The notes under the pieces were generated by a model. That model was not told where the DNA came from, did not search any database, and saw only the letters and a list, made by a program, of their open reading frames with translations. A program made the translations under genes and the position numbers. Below are positions 1 to 9,133 of a stretch of 64,000 nt of DNA, piece after piece (position 1 is the stretch's first letter; the number at the start of each line of letters is the position of its first letter). Source of the DNA: Chthoniobacterales bacterium (GTDB taxonomy: Bacteria > Verrucomicrobiota > Verrucomicrobiia > Chthoniobacterales > JAATET01); NCBI GenBank assembly GCA_036569045.1, contig DATCRI010000077.1:24916-88915 (forward strand). Direction: 5' to 3'.

Positions 1-2
1 GC

Positions 3-836
3 TTCACCGATCCGGAATTTCTTGCGGTCGTCGCGCCCCTGCTCGATCTCGGCGGAGCGCGCCCGCTGGAGATCGTCAGCCGCGGCCCGATGGCGGCGCT
101 CCGCCTCGAGCTCGACGCCATCAGCGTCCCCGCCACCTTCGATGCGCAGCAACGGGCGTTGATCGATCCTCCCCGTCGCCGCGTCGCCCTTGCCCCGGAG
201 ACGCTCTATGGCAATTTCCGCCCGCGGCCTGGCACTCCCGCCCACGCCTGGCGCAAACTCGGCCTCGTCGATTCCGAAGGGAGCCCGACCGCGCGCGGCC
301 GCGTGTTCAGCCGCTTCCAGGCCGGCGAGGGCCTCATGATCGCCGCCGCTCTGGAGGACTCGAGCTACGATCCGGCCGAAATTGTCCGCCATCTCGCGAA
401 CCTGCGGGGCGGTTATCGATTCGGCCGCGAGGATCGTGCCGGCGCGAGCGAGCGCCTGGCCATGACCTCGCGCGCCGCCTACGGCCACGAGGACTACGCG
501 GGATATTTGCGCACCGGTCTCTGTGAAGGCTACGGAGAAGGCGCCTGGGAAATCATCGAGCGGCATCTTGCCGGGAAGCCGATCGACGCCGCCGAGGGCG
601 GACTACGCCGCGGAGATGTCGAGCGCGCCGTGCTGGAATGGAAAAGTCTGCTCCGCCACATCATCCACGCACCCGATCCCGAGGCGCCGCGCTGGACGGA
701 ACTCCAGGCCGCCGCCCAGGCCTGTCTGGCGGCGCACGACACCGCACCGCCGCCGGATTTCGAGCCGGAGCTTCCCGCCGGCCTCAACCGGCGCGCCGTC
801 GAGCAGCCGATCCGGCTCGCCGCGCTGGCGGATTAA
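3..836 (+). CDS. hypothetical protein, C-terminal fragment (5' end lies upstream of the window)
   Basis: Frame 3 is open from the first bases of the window to TAA 834-836, so the ATG at 90 is probably internal. The coding pattern is high-GC and Ala/Arg-rich. I can assign no catalytic motif. Confidence 0.5.
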   Translation, partial: FTDPEFLAVVAPLLDLGGARPLEIVSRGPMAALRLELDAISVPATFDAQQRALIDPPRRRVALAPETLYGNFRPRPGTPAHAWRKLGLVDSEGSPTARGRVFSRFQAGEGLMIAAALEDSSYDPAEIVRHLANLRGGYRFGREDRAGASERLAMTSRAAYGHEDYAGYLRTGLCEGYGEGAWEIIERHLAGKPIDAAEGGLRRGDVERAVLEWKSLLRHIIHAPDPEAPRWTELQAAAQACLAAHDTAPPPDFEPELPAGLNRRAVEQPIRLAALAD

Positions 837-1483
837 TTCACGACGCGCACGGGCGTGCCATGCGACGCGTTCTCGAAGAAAATGCGCGCCATTTCGTCCG
901 GCAGGCGCACGCAGCCGTGAGAATCCGGAAAGCCCGGCAGATAGCCGGCGTGAAGACCCGAGCCACCCGAGAAGCGCATAAAATACGGCATCGGCGCGCC
1001 CTTGAAGTGCGTGCCGGCCGGGGCGCGGTCCGACGTGACGTCCACATTCTGCACGACGATGATGCCGGCATCGTCGACGAAGGCCCCGTAGAGATTCGAA
1101 CGGTGGTCCTTGTCCTTCTGCGTCACGGAGAAGCTGCCTCGCGGCGTGGGGTGCTGCGCGTTGCCGCTGGAAATCGGTGTCTCGCCGACGAGCTTGCCGC
1201 CCTTGTAGAAAAAGGCCTTCTGCTGGCCGAGATCGACCGTGATGGAGGGCGATCCGCTGACTCCATCGCCGTGCCAGTAGGCTGCCGCCTCGGCTGCGCG
1301 GGCCTTGGGCCGGGCGGAAGCAACCGAGACGATCTCGCCGTTGGCCCCGAGAAACTGCGTATCCTCGCTGTAGGTCCGCATGGCGGTGCGCCGCGAACCG
1401 GTGGAGCCCGTCGTCGCGCAGGCTGCCAGCAAGACGCCAAGCGCCGCGAGCGCTGCGAACCGGGGGGCCGACAGCGCGTTCAT
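833..1483 (-). CDS. L,D-transpeptidase (YkuD domain) lipoprotein
   Basis: 216 aa. Lipoprotein-type signal (GVLLAAC). C-terminal YkuD catalytic motif FPDSHGCVRLP. The ATG at 1483 overlaps the stop of the upstream paralog (ATGA). Confidence 0.85.
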   Translation of the reverse strand: MNALSAPRFAALAALGVLLAACATTGSTGSRRTAMRTYSEDTQFLGANGEIVSVASARPKARAAEAAAYWHGDGVSGSPSITVDLGQQKAFFYKGGKLVGETPISSGNAQHPTPRGSFSVTQKDKDHRSNLYGAFVDDAGIIVVQNVDVTSDRAPAGTHFKGAPMPYFMRFSGGSGLHAGYLPGFPDSHGCVRLPDEMARIFFENASHGTPVRVVN

Positions 1484-2094
1484 CGCACGACGGTGACGGG
1501 AGTCCCTTTCTGAACGTTCTCGAAATAAATCTTGGCCATGTGCTCAGGCATGCGGATGCAGCCGTGGGAGTCCGGCACGCCCGGAAGGAAGCCCTGGTGC
1601 ATGCCCACCGCGGGAGCGAAATGCATGAAATAAGGCATCTTCGCGCCTTCGAAATGAGCGCCCGGGGGGACCGGATCTTTCTTCACGTCCACGTTCGCCT
1701 GCACGACCTTGCCCTGCGCATCGACATAGTCACCGTAGAGATTCGAGGCGTGATCGAGGTCCTTGTCGATGATCTTGAAGTTCCCCACCGGGGAATCATG
1801 CCCCTCGCGGCCGCTGGAGATCGCCGAAACGCCGACGAGCTTGCCGCCCTTGTAGAATGACGCAGTCTGCTGGCTCAGGCTGATGACGACTGCCGGCGCG
1901 CCGGGCACGCCGTCGCCATCCCAGTAGGAATTCGCCTCCGCCAGCGTCGATGCCTTCCCGCGACTGATGCTGTCCTGACCGGCCCCCAGATACATGGTCT
2001 TCGTGCTGGTCAGGCGAGTGTCGTAGTTGGCGCAACCGGTGCTCCCCAGCACTACGGCGGCCGCCAACGCGAGAAGGAACAGGGATTTTTTCAT
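1480..2094 (-). CDS. L,D-transpeptidase (YkuD domain) lipoprotein, tandem paralog
   Basis: Start chosen at MKKSLFLLALAAAVVLGSTGC (lipobox). Catalytic motif VPDSHGCIRMP. Aligns along its length with the downstream paralog. Confidence 0.85.
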   Translation of the reverse strand: MKKSLFLLALAAAVVLGSTGCANYDTRLTSTKTMYLGAGQDSISRGKASTLAEANSYWDGDGVPGAPAVVISLSQQTASFYKGGKLVGVSAISSGREGHDSPVGNFKIIDKDLDHASNLYGDYVDAQGKVVQANVDVKKDPVPPGAHFEGAKMPYFMHFAPAVGMHQGFLPGVPDSHGCIRMPEHMAKIYFENVQKGTPVTVVR

Positions 2095-2219
2095 GCCTTG
2101 CGGAACCGGCACGTAATAGAGGATTCGGCCGCCGCGTCAAGTCCGCCTACGTTCGCCATCTTCAGCAAGGACCGGTTGCGGACGGCAGGAAGGATTTGCT
2201 ACGTTCCGCGCGACTTACC

Positions 2220-2537
2220 ATGCCGACCTACGAATACGAGTGCTCCAAGTGCCGCAAGACCTTCGAATTGTTCCAGTCGATGAAGGACGACGCACTCAAG
2301 ACCTGCCCGAAGGAACAGTGCCGCATGAAGGCGTGGGGCAAGGGGCCGGTCAAGCGCCTGCTGGGCACCGGCGCGGGCCTGATTTTCAAGGGATCCGGGT
2401 TTTACATCACCGACTACCGCAGCGAGGGTTACAAGGTCGCCGCGAAGAAGGACTCCACTACCTCGACTCCGAAGACAGAGTCGAAACCGGCCGCCGAAAA
2501 GCCCGCCGCGAAATCGAAGAAGAAAGCCGATGGCTGA
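2220..2537 (+). CDS. FmdB-family zinc-ribbon protein
   Basis: Starts MPTYEYECSKC...CP..C, the CxxC-CxxC pattern typical of FmdB/CxxC_CxxC_SSSS proteins. Lys/Ala-rich tail. Confidence 0.8.
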   Translation: MPTYEYECSKCRKTFELFQSMKDDALKTCPKEQCRMKAWGKGPVKRLLGTGAGLIFKGSGFYITDYRSEGYKVAAKKDSTTSTPKTESKPAAEKPAAKSKKKADG

Positions 2538-3348
2538 CACGCCCGTTCCCCCCACGCCATCCCTCTCGCGGTGCCCCGTCTGCGGATTCGAGAATCCGCC
2601 GGCCGTCCTGTATTGCCAGGATTGCGGGGCGAAGCTGACGATCGCCCCTCCCAGCTACCTGCAGCCTCCGCCTCCCGTGCCCACGCCAGCGACCACGGCG
2701 GAAGCCGCCCCCCTTTCCTCGTCGAAAACGTCCCCCCCGAAGACGAAGCCGCCTCGCATCCTGAGCATGAACCGGGAGCGGCCGAATTTTGCCTTCGCCT
2801 TTTCCCTGCTCCGCCTGGCCATTTACGCCGCGCTCATCGCACTGACGGTTCTCATCATCCGCGCCCCGGCGAACCTGCCTCCGGCCGAGGCGCCGATGGA
2901 TGCCACCACCGTTGGCGAGATCCGCTCCGGCCTGGAAAAAGTCTCCCAGAACGGCAGCACCGCCAGCGCCCCGTGGTCGCGCGTGAATGCCTATCTCGCC
3001 ACGGTGCTCGTTCCCACCAGCGCAGGCGCCACGAAATTCGTGCGGGCCGTCTTGATGCCGAAGCCCGGCGGCTTTGCCCTTACCACCGAGAAGCGCGTGC
3101 TCGGCGTGCCGATCTACTCGACGGTGATCTACAAGCTCGTCGTGCGCGCCGGTCATCTCGATCTGCAGGCCACCGGCGCCGCGCTGGGACGCCTGCCCCT
3201 CCCGGCTGAAGCCGCTCCGATCGTCCAGCGAATCGGCGGCGACCTCACTGGCGCCCTTGCGCTCGAAACGAGCTTCCTGAAAAGCGCCCGCATGGTGCGC
3301 CTCTCCCCCGACGCCGTCGCCATCGATTTCGGCCGGCCCCGCCCATGA
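2530..3348 (+). CDS. zinc-ribbon membrane protein (hypothetical)
   Basis: N-terminal CPVCGFENPPAVLYCQDCG zinc ribbon, Pro-rich linker, one TM helix (LAIYAALIALTVLII) and an extracytoplasmic domain. The ATG overlaps the upstream stop. Confidence 0.6.
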   Translation: MADTPVPPTPSLSRCPVCGFENPPAVLYCQDCGAKLTIAPPSYLQPPPPVPTPATTAEAAPLSSSKTSPPKTKPPRILSMNRERPNFAFAFSLLRLAIYAALIALTVLIIRAPANLPPAEAPMDATTVGEIRSGLEKVSQNGSTASAPWSRVNAYLATVLVPTSAGATKFVRAVLMPKPGGFALTTEKRVLGVPIYSTVIYKLVVRAGHLDLQATGAALGRLPLPAEAAPIVQRIGGDLTGALALETSFLKSARMVRLSPDAVAIDFGRPRP

Positions 3349-4646
3349 TCGCGCGGGTTTTGATTGCCCTGCTGCTCCTCGCGGGCATTCGCGCGGAGGC
3401 CGCGATCGAGCTGGCCAGGCGTTCCACCAGCTCCTCCGGGCAGTTCATCGTTTACACGAACGACCCGAACATCCGTTCGGAGGTCGCCATCCGGGCCGAG
3501 GATCTCAAGACCGCCTTCCTCGAGGCGCTTCACGCCAAGGACGTCTGGAAAACCCCCATCATTCTGAACATCGGCGTCCCGCCGCCCACGATGAAGCGTC
3601 CGCCGCGCACCCTGCTCGGCGTTTACGAGGGCGACAACGGCCAGAGCAAGATCCAGATCGACGTCTTCGACACCGGCGTCCTCAAGGAACCCGAGTTCGA
3701 CACCCAGATCCTCGGCGCCATCCTCATCGAATGCGCCTATCGCAGCACCGCCCTCAAGGCCGGCCGCTCCTTCGAGCGCCCGCCCGCCTGGCTGCAGCAG
3801 GGCCTCGCCGAGCGCATTCGCTCCCTCCAGGAAGGCTCGAAAACCAGTCTCTACGCCAGCCTGCTTGCGACCGGCGAGCCGCCCCGGCTCGCCGATTTCC
3901 TCGACACGCCGTTCGATCGGCTCGACTCCACCTCCAAGGCAATCTACCGGGCCCAGGCCAGCGCGCTCGTGGAAGCCGTCTTCGCCCTGCCCGACGGCCG
4001 CAAGGGACTGTGCGACTACCTCTCCGTGCCCCACCGCACGCCGTCGCAACTTTCCGAGCTCGTCGCCGCCCTCCCCAGCCTTGGCGGGAATGCCGAGGCC
4101 CTCGGCCGCAAATGGGTGCTCGCCATCGCCCGCGCCTCCGCCGCAAATCGCGTGAACCTGCTCGGCGAACGCGACACCGCAAAGCAGCTCGACGACATTC
4201 TTCTCGTGAAGGCTCTTCCCGACCCCAGGCATCCGGAGGTCGCCTCCATGTCGGGCCCCTACGCCATTCCGACCATCGCCCGCAGTCAGAATGGCCGCTT
4301 CATCCTCTCGCAGACCGAGAGCTCCCTGCTCCAGCTCTCCCTGCGCGCCCACCCGCTCTACAAATCCCTCGTCGACGAATACCTCAGCATCACCCGCGAC
4401 CTCATCGCGAAGCCCAAGCGCAGGCTGGAAAAACGCATCGCCACCGCCGAGGAGATGCGCGCCGGCCTCGCCCGCCGCACGTCGGAATCCCGCGATTACC
4501 TCGACTGGGTCGAGACCACCAAGATCAAGACCGAGAGCCCCGAGTTGAACACCACCATTCAGGACATCGACGAGATCGAGGAGCCCCCGGCGCGCAACGA
4601 CGCCATCTCGAACTACCTCGATACCCTCTCCGAGCGCGGGCAGTAG
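3345..4646 (+). CDS. secreted hypothetical protein
   Basis: 433 aa with signal peptide MIARVLIALLLLAGIRAEAA. ATGA overlap with the upstream gene. No recognisable motif. Confidence 0.6.
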   Translation: MIARVLIALLLLAGIRAEAAIELARRSTSSSGQFIVYTNDPNIRSEVAIRAEDLKTAFLEALHAKDVWKTPIILNIGVPPPTMKRPPRTLLGVYEGDNGQSKIQIDVFDTGVLKEPEFDTQILGAILIECAYRSTALKAGRSFERPPAWLQQGLAERIRSLQEGSKTSLYASLLATGEPPRLADFLDTPFDRLDSTSKAIYRAQASALVEAVFALPDGRKGLCDYLSVPHRTPSQLSELVAALPSLGGNAEALGRKWVLAIARASAANRVNLLGERDTAKQLDDILLVKALPDPRHPEVASMSGPYAIPTIARSQNGRFILSQTESSLLQLSLRAHPLYKSLVDEYLSITRDLIAKPKRRLEKRIATAEEMRAGLARRTSESRDYLDWVETTKIKTESPELNTTIQDIDEIEEPPARNDAISNYLDTLSERGQ

Positions 4647-4695
4647 CGGCTTTCCCCATTGCGCCCCGCGCCCGGCCGCCTATCCTTTCAAAGCC

Positions 4696-4839
4696 ATGTT
4701 TCACCTCACGCGGCGGGAGCGGGTGTTGATCGCGGGCGTCCTGCTCGCTTTCCTCACCGGTCTCGCCGTTCAACATTACCGCCAGGGGGACTCGATCGGC
4801 CCAACCACCAAAAAGGACACCAGGGATGCAAAGCGTTAG
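4696..4839 (+). CDS. possible 47-aa single-pass membrane protein
   Basis: My own translation, below the ORF-track cutoff: MFHLTRRERVLIAGVLLAFLTGLAVQHYRQGDS... It has one hydrophobic helix and its end overlaps the start of the next gene. Confidence 0.3.
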   Translation: MFHLTRRERVLIAGVLLAFLTGLAVQHYRQGDSIGPTTKKDTRDAKR

Positions 4840-5257
4840 TTTTTCCGAAGCACTCGACGGCATCGTCGAGCGCGACTCCCGCTATGATCGGGAGGCCTAC
4901 GTCTTCCTGCGCGACGCCCTCGAGTTCACCCTCAAGAAGCGTCGCAAGGCCAGCAAGGACGCCCCGTCCGACGTGCCCGCCTCCGAGCTCCTCGACGGCT
5001 TCCGCCTCTACGCCCTCAAGGAATGCGGCCCCATGGCGCACCTCGTCCTCGAATACTGGGGCGTGCGCTCCTGCGAAGACATCGGAAATCTCGTCTTCAA
5101 CCTCGTTCAGGCCAACGTCTTCAGTAAAACCGACCGCGACACCCTCGACGAATTCCGCGCTGGCTTCGATTTCGAGGAGGCCTTTCTGGTTCCCTTCCGT
5201 CCCCAGAGAAAAAATTTGAGCGCTTCCCCCTCTCGCGCTGTCGAACGCGGCTCATGA
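4826..5257 (+). CDS. conserved hypothetical cytoplasmic protein
   Basis: 143 aa with a clean coding frame. Its TGA overlaps the ATG of the M16 peptidase (ATGA at 5254-5257). It may belong to a PVC-restricted family (Minf_1886-like), but that is a weak recollection and unverified. Confidence 0.6.
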   Translation: MQSVSFSEALDGIVERDSRYDREAYVFLRDALEFTLKKRRKASKDAPSDVPASELLDGFRLYALKECGPMAHLVLEYWGVRSCEDIGNLVFNLVQANVFSKTDRDTLDEFRAGFDFEEAFLVPFRPQRKNLSASPSRAVERGS

Positions 5258-7887
5258 GGTCGTCGTCGTTTCTGCCCTGCCTGCTCTTAGCCCACATGCC
5301 GCTGCTCGTAACCACCGCATATTCCGAAACCCAGACGCCTCCCCCGGCCGCCGCTCCCATCTCCATCCCCGCCACCACCGCGCAGGCCTTCACCCTGCCG
5401 AACGGCCTCACCGTCATCATCGACGAAGATCACCACGCCCCGGTGGCAAGCGTCCAGGCTTGGTGCGAGACGGGCAGCATCGACGAGGACAAATGGATGG
5501 GCGCCGGCCTTTCACACATTCTCGAGCACATGCTCTTCAAGGGCACGGCCACGCGCGCGCCCGGCGTCATTTCCCGCCAGGTGCAGGATCGCGGCGGCTA
5601 CATCAACGCCTACACGTCCTTCGACCGCACCGTTTACTACATCGACACTCCGGCCGAAGGCGCCTCCGAGGCCGTGGACATCCTGGCCGACGCCATGATG
5701 AACGCCTCGCTGCCCCCCCAGGAATATACGAAGGAGCAGGAGGTCATCCGGCGGGAGTTCGCCATGGGCTTCGACGATCCCGACCGCGTCAGCTCGCGGC
5801 TGATGTTCCGCACCGTCTTCTCGCAGAGCCCGCTTCGCCACCCCGTCATCGGCTACCTCGACATCTACAACAAGCTCACCCGCGACGACGTCTTCGCTTA
5901 CTACAAGCGCCGCTACGTCCCGAACAACATGTTCTTCGTCATCGTCGGCGACGTGGACGGCCAGAAGATCAGGGCCCAGCTCGAGGAATACTTCGAGAAA
6001 TACCCGCGTCAGGCCCTCCAGCCCGTTTTCGTCGCCCAGGAACCGCCCCAGGCCGGTCGCCGCGACGCGCACGAAGAGTTCCCCACCGAGCTCACCCGCC
6101 TCTCACTGGCATGGCCCGTCCCGTCCGTGACGGATGCCGACACTCCCGCCATCGACGTGCTCGGCACGGTGCTCGGCGGCGGCTCCAGCAGCCCGCTCAA
6201 TCAGGAAATTCGCGAGGAAAAACACCTGGCCTACAGCATCGACGCCGGCTCCTACGCGCTGGCCAACGGCGGCGTCTTCGCCATCCAGGCCGTCTGCGCG
6301 CCGGAAAACCGCGTCGCCGTGGAAAAGGCATCCCTCGCGATCCTCGACCGCGTCCGCCGGGAAGGCGTCACCGCCGCCGAGCTCGACAAGGCCCGCAAGT
6401 CGCTCCTCTCCACCCAGCTCGGTGCCCTTACCACCGTGCGGGGCCGCGCCGCCGACCTCGGCTCGAACTGGATGGCCACCCGGAACCTGGATTTCAGCCG
6501 CGACTACCTCGACGCCATCAACCGCGTCACCTCCGACGACCTCAAGCGCGTGGTGAATCGTTATCTCATCGACGAGCACCTCAACGTCACCTCGCTCAAT
6601 CCCACCGGCTCGCTCGCAAAGATCGCCGCGGCCGAGTCCGCCGCCCACGAAGCCGAGATCCAGAAGTTCACGCTGCCGAACGGCCTGCGCCTGCTCGTTC
6701 GCGAGAACCACAAGGTTCCGCTCGTTTCGATGGTCGCCGTTTTCAAGGGCGGCCTCCTCGCCGAGACACCCGCAAACAACGGCGCCACCCGCCTGATGGC
6801 CCGCTCGATGCTGAAGGGCACCACGAGCCGAAGCGCCCGCGAAATCGCCGAACAGGTCGAGTCTGCCGGCGGCAGCATCGCCGCGGACTCCGGCAACAAC
6901 AGCTTCTACCTCACCGCGAGCGTCATGAAGCCCGACCTCGAGCTCGGTCTCGACGTTCTCGCCGACGTTCTCGGACACCCGACCTTCCCCGAGCGCGAGG
7001 TGAAGACCGAGCAGGCTTCCCAGCTCGCCGGCATCAAGGCCGAGGACGACGACCCGGTGAACACTGCCCGCACCGTCCTGCGGCAGAAACTTTTCGGCAC
7101 CCACCCCTACGCCCTGCGTGGGAGCGGCTCTCCCGACAGCGTTGCGAAGCTCACCCCCGCGGACCTCGAGAAACTCCACGATCGCCTCGCCGTTGCGAAG
7201 AACGGCGTGCTTGCCGTCTTCGGCGACGTGAACGCAAAGAAGGTCTACGAACTCGCCAAAAAGGCCTTCGGCGACCTCCCCGCCGGCGACGCCCCGCTCC
7301 CGAACCCTCCCGCCGCGGAGAAACTGGCGAAAGCCGAGTCCTTCACCGAGAACCGCCCCAAGAACCAGGCGATCGTCATGGTCGGCTACCCCGGCGCCGA
7401 CTTGCTCAGCCCCGATCGGCCCGCGCTCGAGGTCATCGACACCGTCTGCAGCGACCTTGGATCTCGCTTCTTCGATCGCATCCGCGAGCAGCTCGGCCTC
7501 GCCTATTTCACCGGCACCACTCAACTGCTTGGCCCCACGCCCGGCGCCTTCGTTTTCTACCTCGGCACCGATCCCGCAAAGGTCGAGAAGGTCGATACCG
7601 AGTTCCGCGACGAGATTGCCAAACTCGCCTCCGCCGGCCTCAGCCCCGAGGAGCTCGCCCGCGGCAAGAAGAAGCTCCTCGGCGCGGAAGCCATGCGCAA
7701 CGAAAGCGATTCCTCGATGGCCCTCGCCACCGCGCTCGACGAACTTTTCGGCCTCGGCGCCGATCACACCTCGAAGCGAAAGGCCGAGATCGAAGCCGTC
7801 ACGCTGGAGGACACCAGGCGCGTCGCAAACAAGTATTTCAGCCAGCCCGGCAGCGTCGAAGTTATCGTCACTCCGCCCACACAATAA
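5254..7887 (+). CDS. M16 (pitrilysin/insulinase) family zinc peptidase, double-length
   Basis: 877 aa. HxxEH zinc motif HILEHMLFKG. The second half repeats the M16 fold (FTLPNGLRLLV). Hydrophobic signal-like N-terminus. Confidence 0.9.
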   Translation: MRSSSFLPCLLLAHMPLLVTTAYSETQTPPPAAAPISIPATTAQAFTLPNGLTVIIDEDHHAPVASVQAWCETGSIDEDKWMGAGLSHILEHMLFKGTATRAPGVISRQVQDRGGYINAYTSFDRTVYYIDTPAEGASEAVDILADAMMNASLPPQEYTKEQEVIRREFAMGFDDPDRVSSRLMFRTVFSQSPLRHPVIGYLDIYNKLTRDDVFAYYKRRYVPNNMFFVIVGDVDGQKIRAQLEEYFEKYPRQALQPVFVAQEPPQAGRRDAHEEFPTELTRLSLAWPVPSVTDADTPAIDVLGTVLGGGSSSPLNQEIREEKHLAYSIDAGSYALANGGVFAIQAVCAPENRVAVEKASLAILDRVRREGVTAAELDKARKSLLSTQLGALTTVRGRAADLGSNWMATRNLDFSRDYLDAINRVTSDDLKRVVNRYLIDEHLNVTSLNPTGSLAKIAAAESAAHEAEIQKFTLPNGLRLLVRENHKVPLVSMVAVFKGGLLAETPANNGATRLMARSMLKGTTSRSAREIAEQVESAGGSIAADSGNNSFYLTASVMKPDLELGLDVLADVLGHPTFPEREVKTEQASQLAGIKAEDDDPVNTARTVLRQKLFGTHPYALRGSGSPDSVAKLTPADLEKLHDRLAVAKNGVLAVFGDVNAKKVYELAKKAFGDLPAGDAPLPNPPAAEKLAKAESFTENRPKNQAIVMVGYPGADLLSPDRPALEVIDTVCSDLGSRFFDRIREQLGLAYFTGTTQLLGPTPGAFVFYLGTDPAKVEKVDTEFRDEIAKLASAGLSPEELARGKKKLLGAEAMRNESDSSMALATALDELFGLGADHTSKRKAEIEAVTLEDTRRVANKYFSQPGSVEVIVTPPTQ

Positions 7888-7908
7888 CCTCCCACCGCTT
7901 CCACCTCC

Positions 7909-8205
7909 ATGGCTGAAGTCCAGCGCAATACCCAGACGAGCGGCGAAACCACCCAGCGGTTCATCGCCTTCATCATGATGCAATCGCAGCAGACGGCCCT
8001 TTTTCTCGGCCGTCTGCCAAATCCGCAGACCGGCAAGCCCGAGGTCAATCTCGAGGTCGCCCGCATGCTCATCGATCAGCTCGAAATGATCCGGGAGAAA
8101 ACCCGCGGCAACCTCAACCACGAGGAAAGCGAAATCCTCGGCACCATCCTCTCCGACCTGCAGGTGCAATACGTGCAGGCCACGCAGAAGGCCCCCGGCG
8201 CCTAG
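7909..8205 (+). CDS. DUF1844-like small protein
   Basis: 98 aa. The pattern FLGRLPNPQTGKPEVNLEVARMLIDQLEMIREKTRGNL matches my recollection of DUF1844. Confidence 0.6.
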   Translation: MAEVQRNTQTSGETTQRFIAFIMMQSQQTALFLGRLPNPQTGKPEVNLEVARMLIDQLEMIREKTRGNLNHEESEILGTILSDLQVQYVQATQKAPGA

Positions 8206-9119
8206 CCGCCCAACGGCTCGATCCCTTCGAGCGTTGTCTCGCTCACCGAACGCATCGTGCGAATGAACTCGCCCATGTAGGCGAGCGTCGCGGCCGAGGT
8301 CGTTGTGGCCGCATACAGGCGACTGCGCAGCCCCGCCTTCCCGATCGGTTTCGCCACCACGTAGTCCCGATCGAGGAACGGCTGCACCGTCCAGCCAGGC
8401 AATGCCGCCACGCCCCGACCGCTCGCGACAAGCTGCAGAATGGCGACCGTGAGTTCGGTGGTGCGGCGAGCCGGATTCACCTTCGCCGGTCGCAACACAT
8501 CACGCACCAGATCGAGCCGCTCGTCGGGAATCGGGTAGGTCACGAGGGTCTCCGCCGCAAAGTCCCGCGCCGTCAGATACGCCTTCCGCGTGAGCGGATG
8601 ATGGCGCGAGAGCAATCCGTGCACCTCGTAGGCAAAGAGCGGATGGAAAGTCACCCCGGCCCGCTTCTGCGCGTGCGAGACGATCACGAGATCCGCCCGA
8701 TTCTCGGCAAGCAGCCCGATCGGATCGGCGTGAAATCCCGAGACCAGATCCTGCTCCACCTGCGGCCAGTGCTCCCGGAACGAATCCATCGACGGCATCA
8801 GCCAGTCGAAGCACGAGTGGCACTCGACCGCGATGCGAAGCTGCCCCGCCTGCCCCTGCGCGATGCGCGCGAGATCCCGCTCACCGTTCTGCACGCGCCG
8901 CACGACATCGTAGGCCAGCTCGACGAGCAACTGCCCCGCCGCCGTCAGGCGCAGAGGGGCGCTCTTGCGCTCGAAGAGCTCCACGTCGTGCGCCGCCTCG
9001 ATCGCGCGCACCTGGTGCGACACCGCCGGCTGCGAGAGATGCACGCGCCGCGCGGCCTTCGAGAGATTGCCCGTCTCCGCGAGGGCGATGAGCGTTTTGA
9101 AATGACGAAATTCCAGCAT
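8202..9119 (-). CDS. metR: LysR-family transcriptional regulator, MetR-like
   Basis: HTH region NLSKAARRVHLSQPAVSHQ. Core RIAVECHSCFDWLMP closely parallels E. coli MetR (RIAIECHSCIQWLTP). Divergent from metE. Confidence 0.85.
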   Translation of the reverse strand: MLEFRHFKTLIALAETGNLSKAARRVHLSQPAVSHQVRAIEAAHDVELFERKSAPLRLTAAGQLLVELAYDVVRRVQNGERDLARIAQGQAGQLRIAVECHSCFDWLMPSMDSFREHWPQVEQDLVSGFHADPIGLLAENRADLVIVSHAQKRAGVTFHPLFAYEVHGLLSRHHPLTRKAYLTARDFAAETLVTYPIPDERLDLVRDVLRPAKVNPARRTTELTVAILQLVASGRGVAALPGWTVQPFLDRDYVVAKPIGKAGLRSRLYAATTTSAATLAYMGEFIRTMRSVSETTLEGIEPLGG

Positions 9120-9133
9120 GCCGCGCCGAACCC

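Noticed and set aside
5460-7916. 818-aa plus-strand ORF in an alternative frame of the M16 gene
   Set aside because: The translation is extremely Arg/Pro/His-rich. It is an off-frame reading of a GC-rich gene and the real frame carries the HxxEH motif.
6103-8169. 688-aa minus-strand ORF
   Set aside because: It lies entirely antisense to the well-supported M16 peptidase and DUF1844 genes. Its Gly/Ala/Arg/Glu-rich, motif-free translation is typical of shadow ORFs in high-GC DNA.
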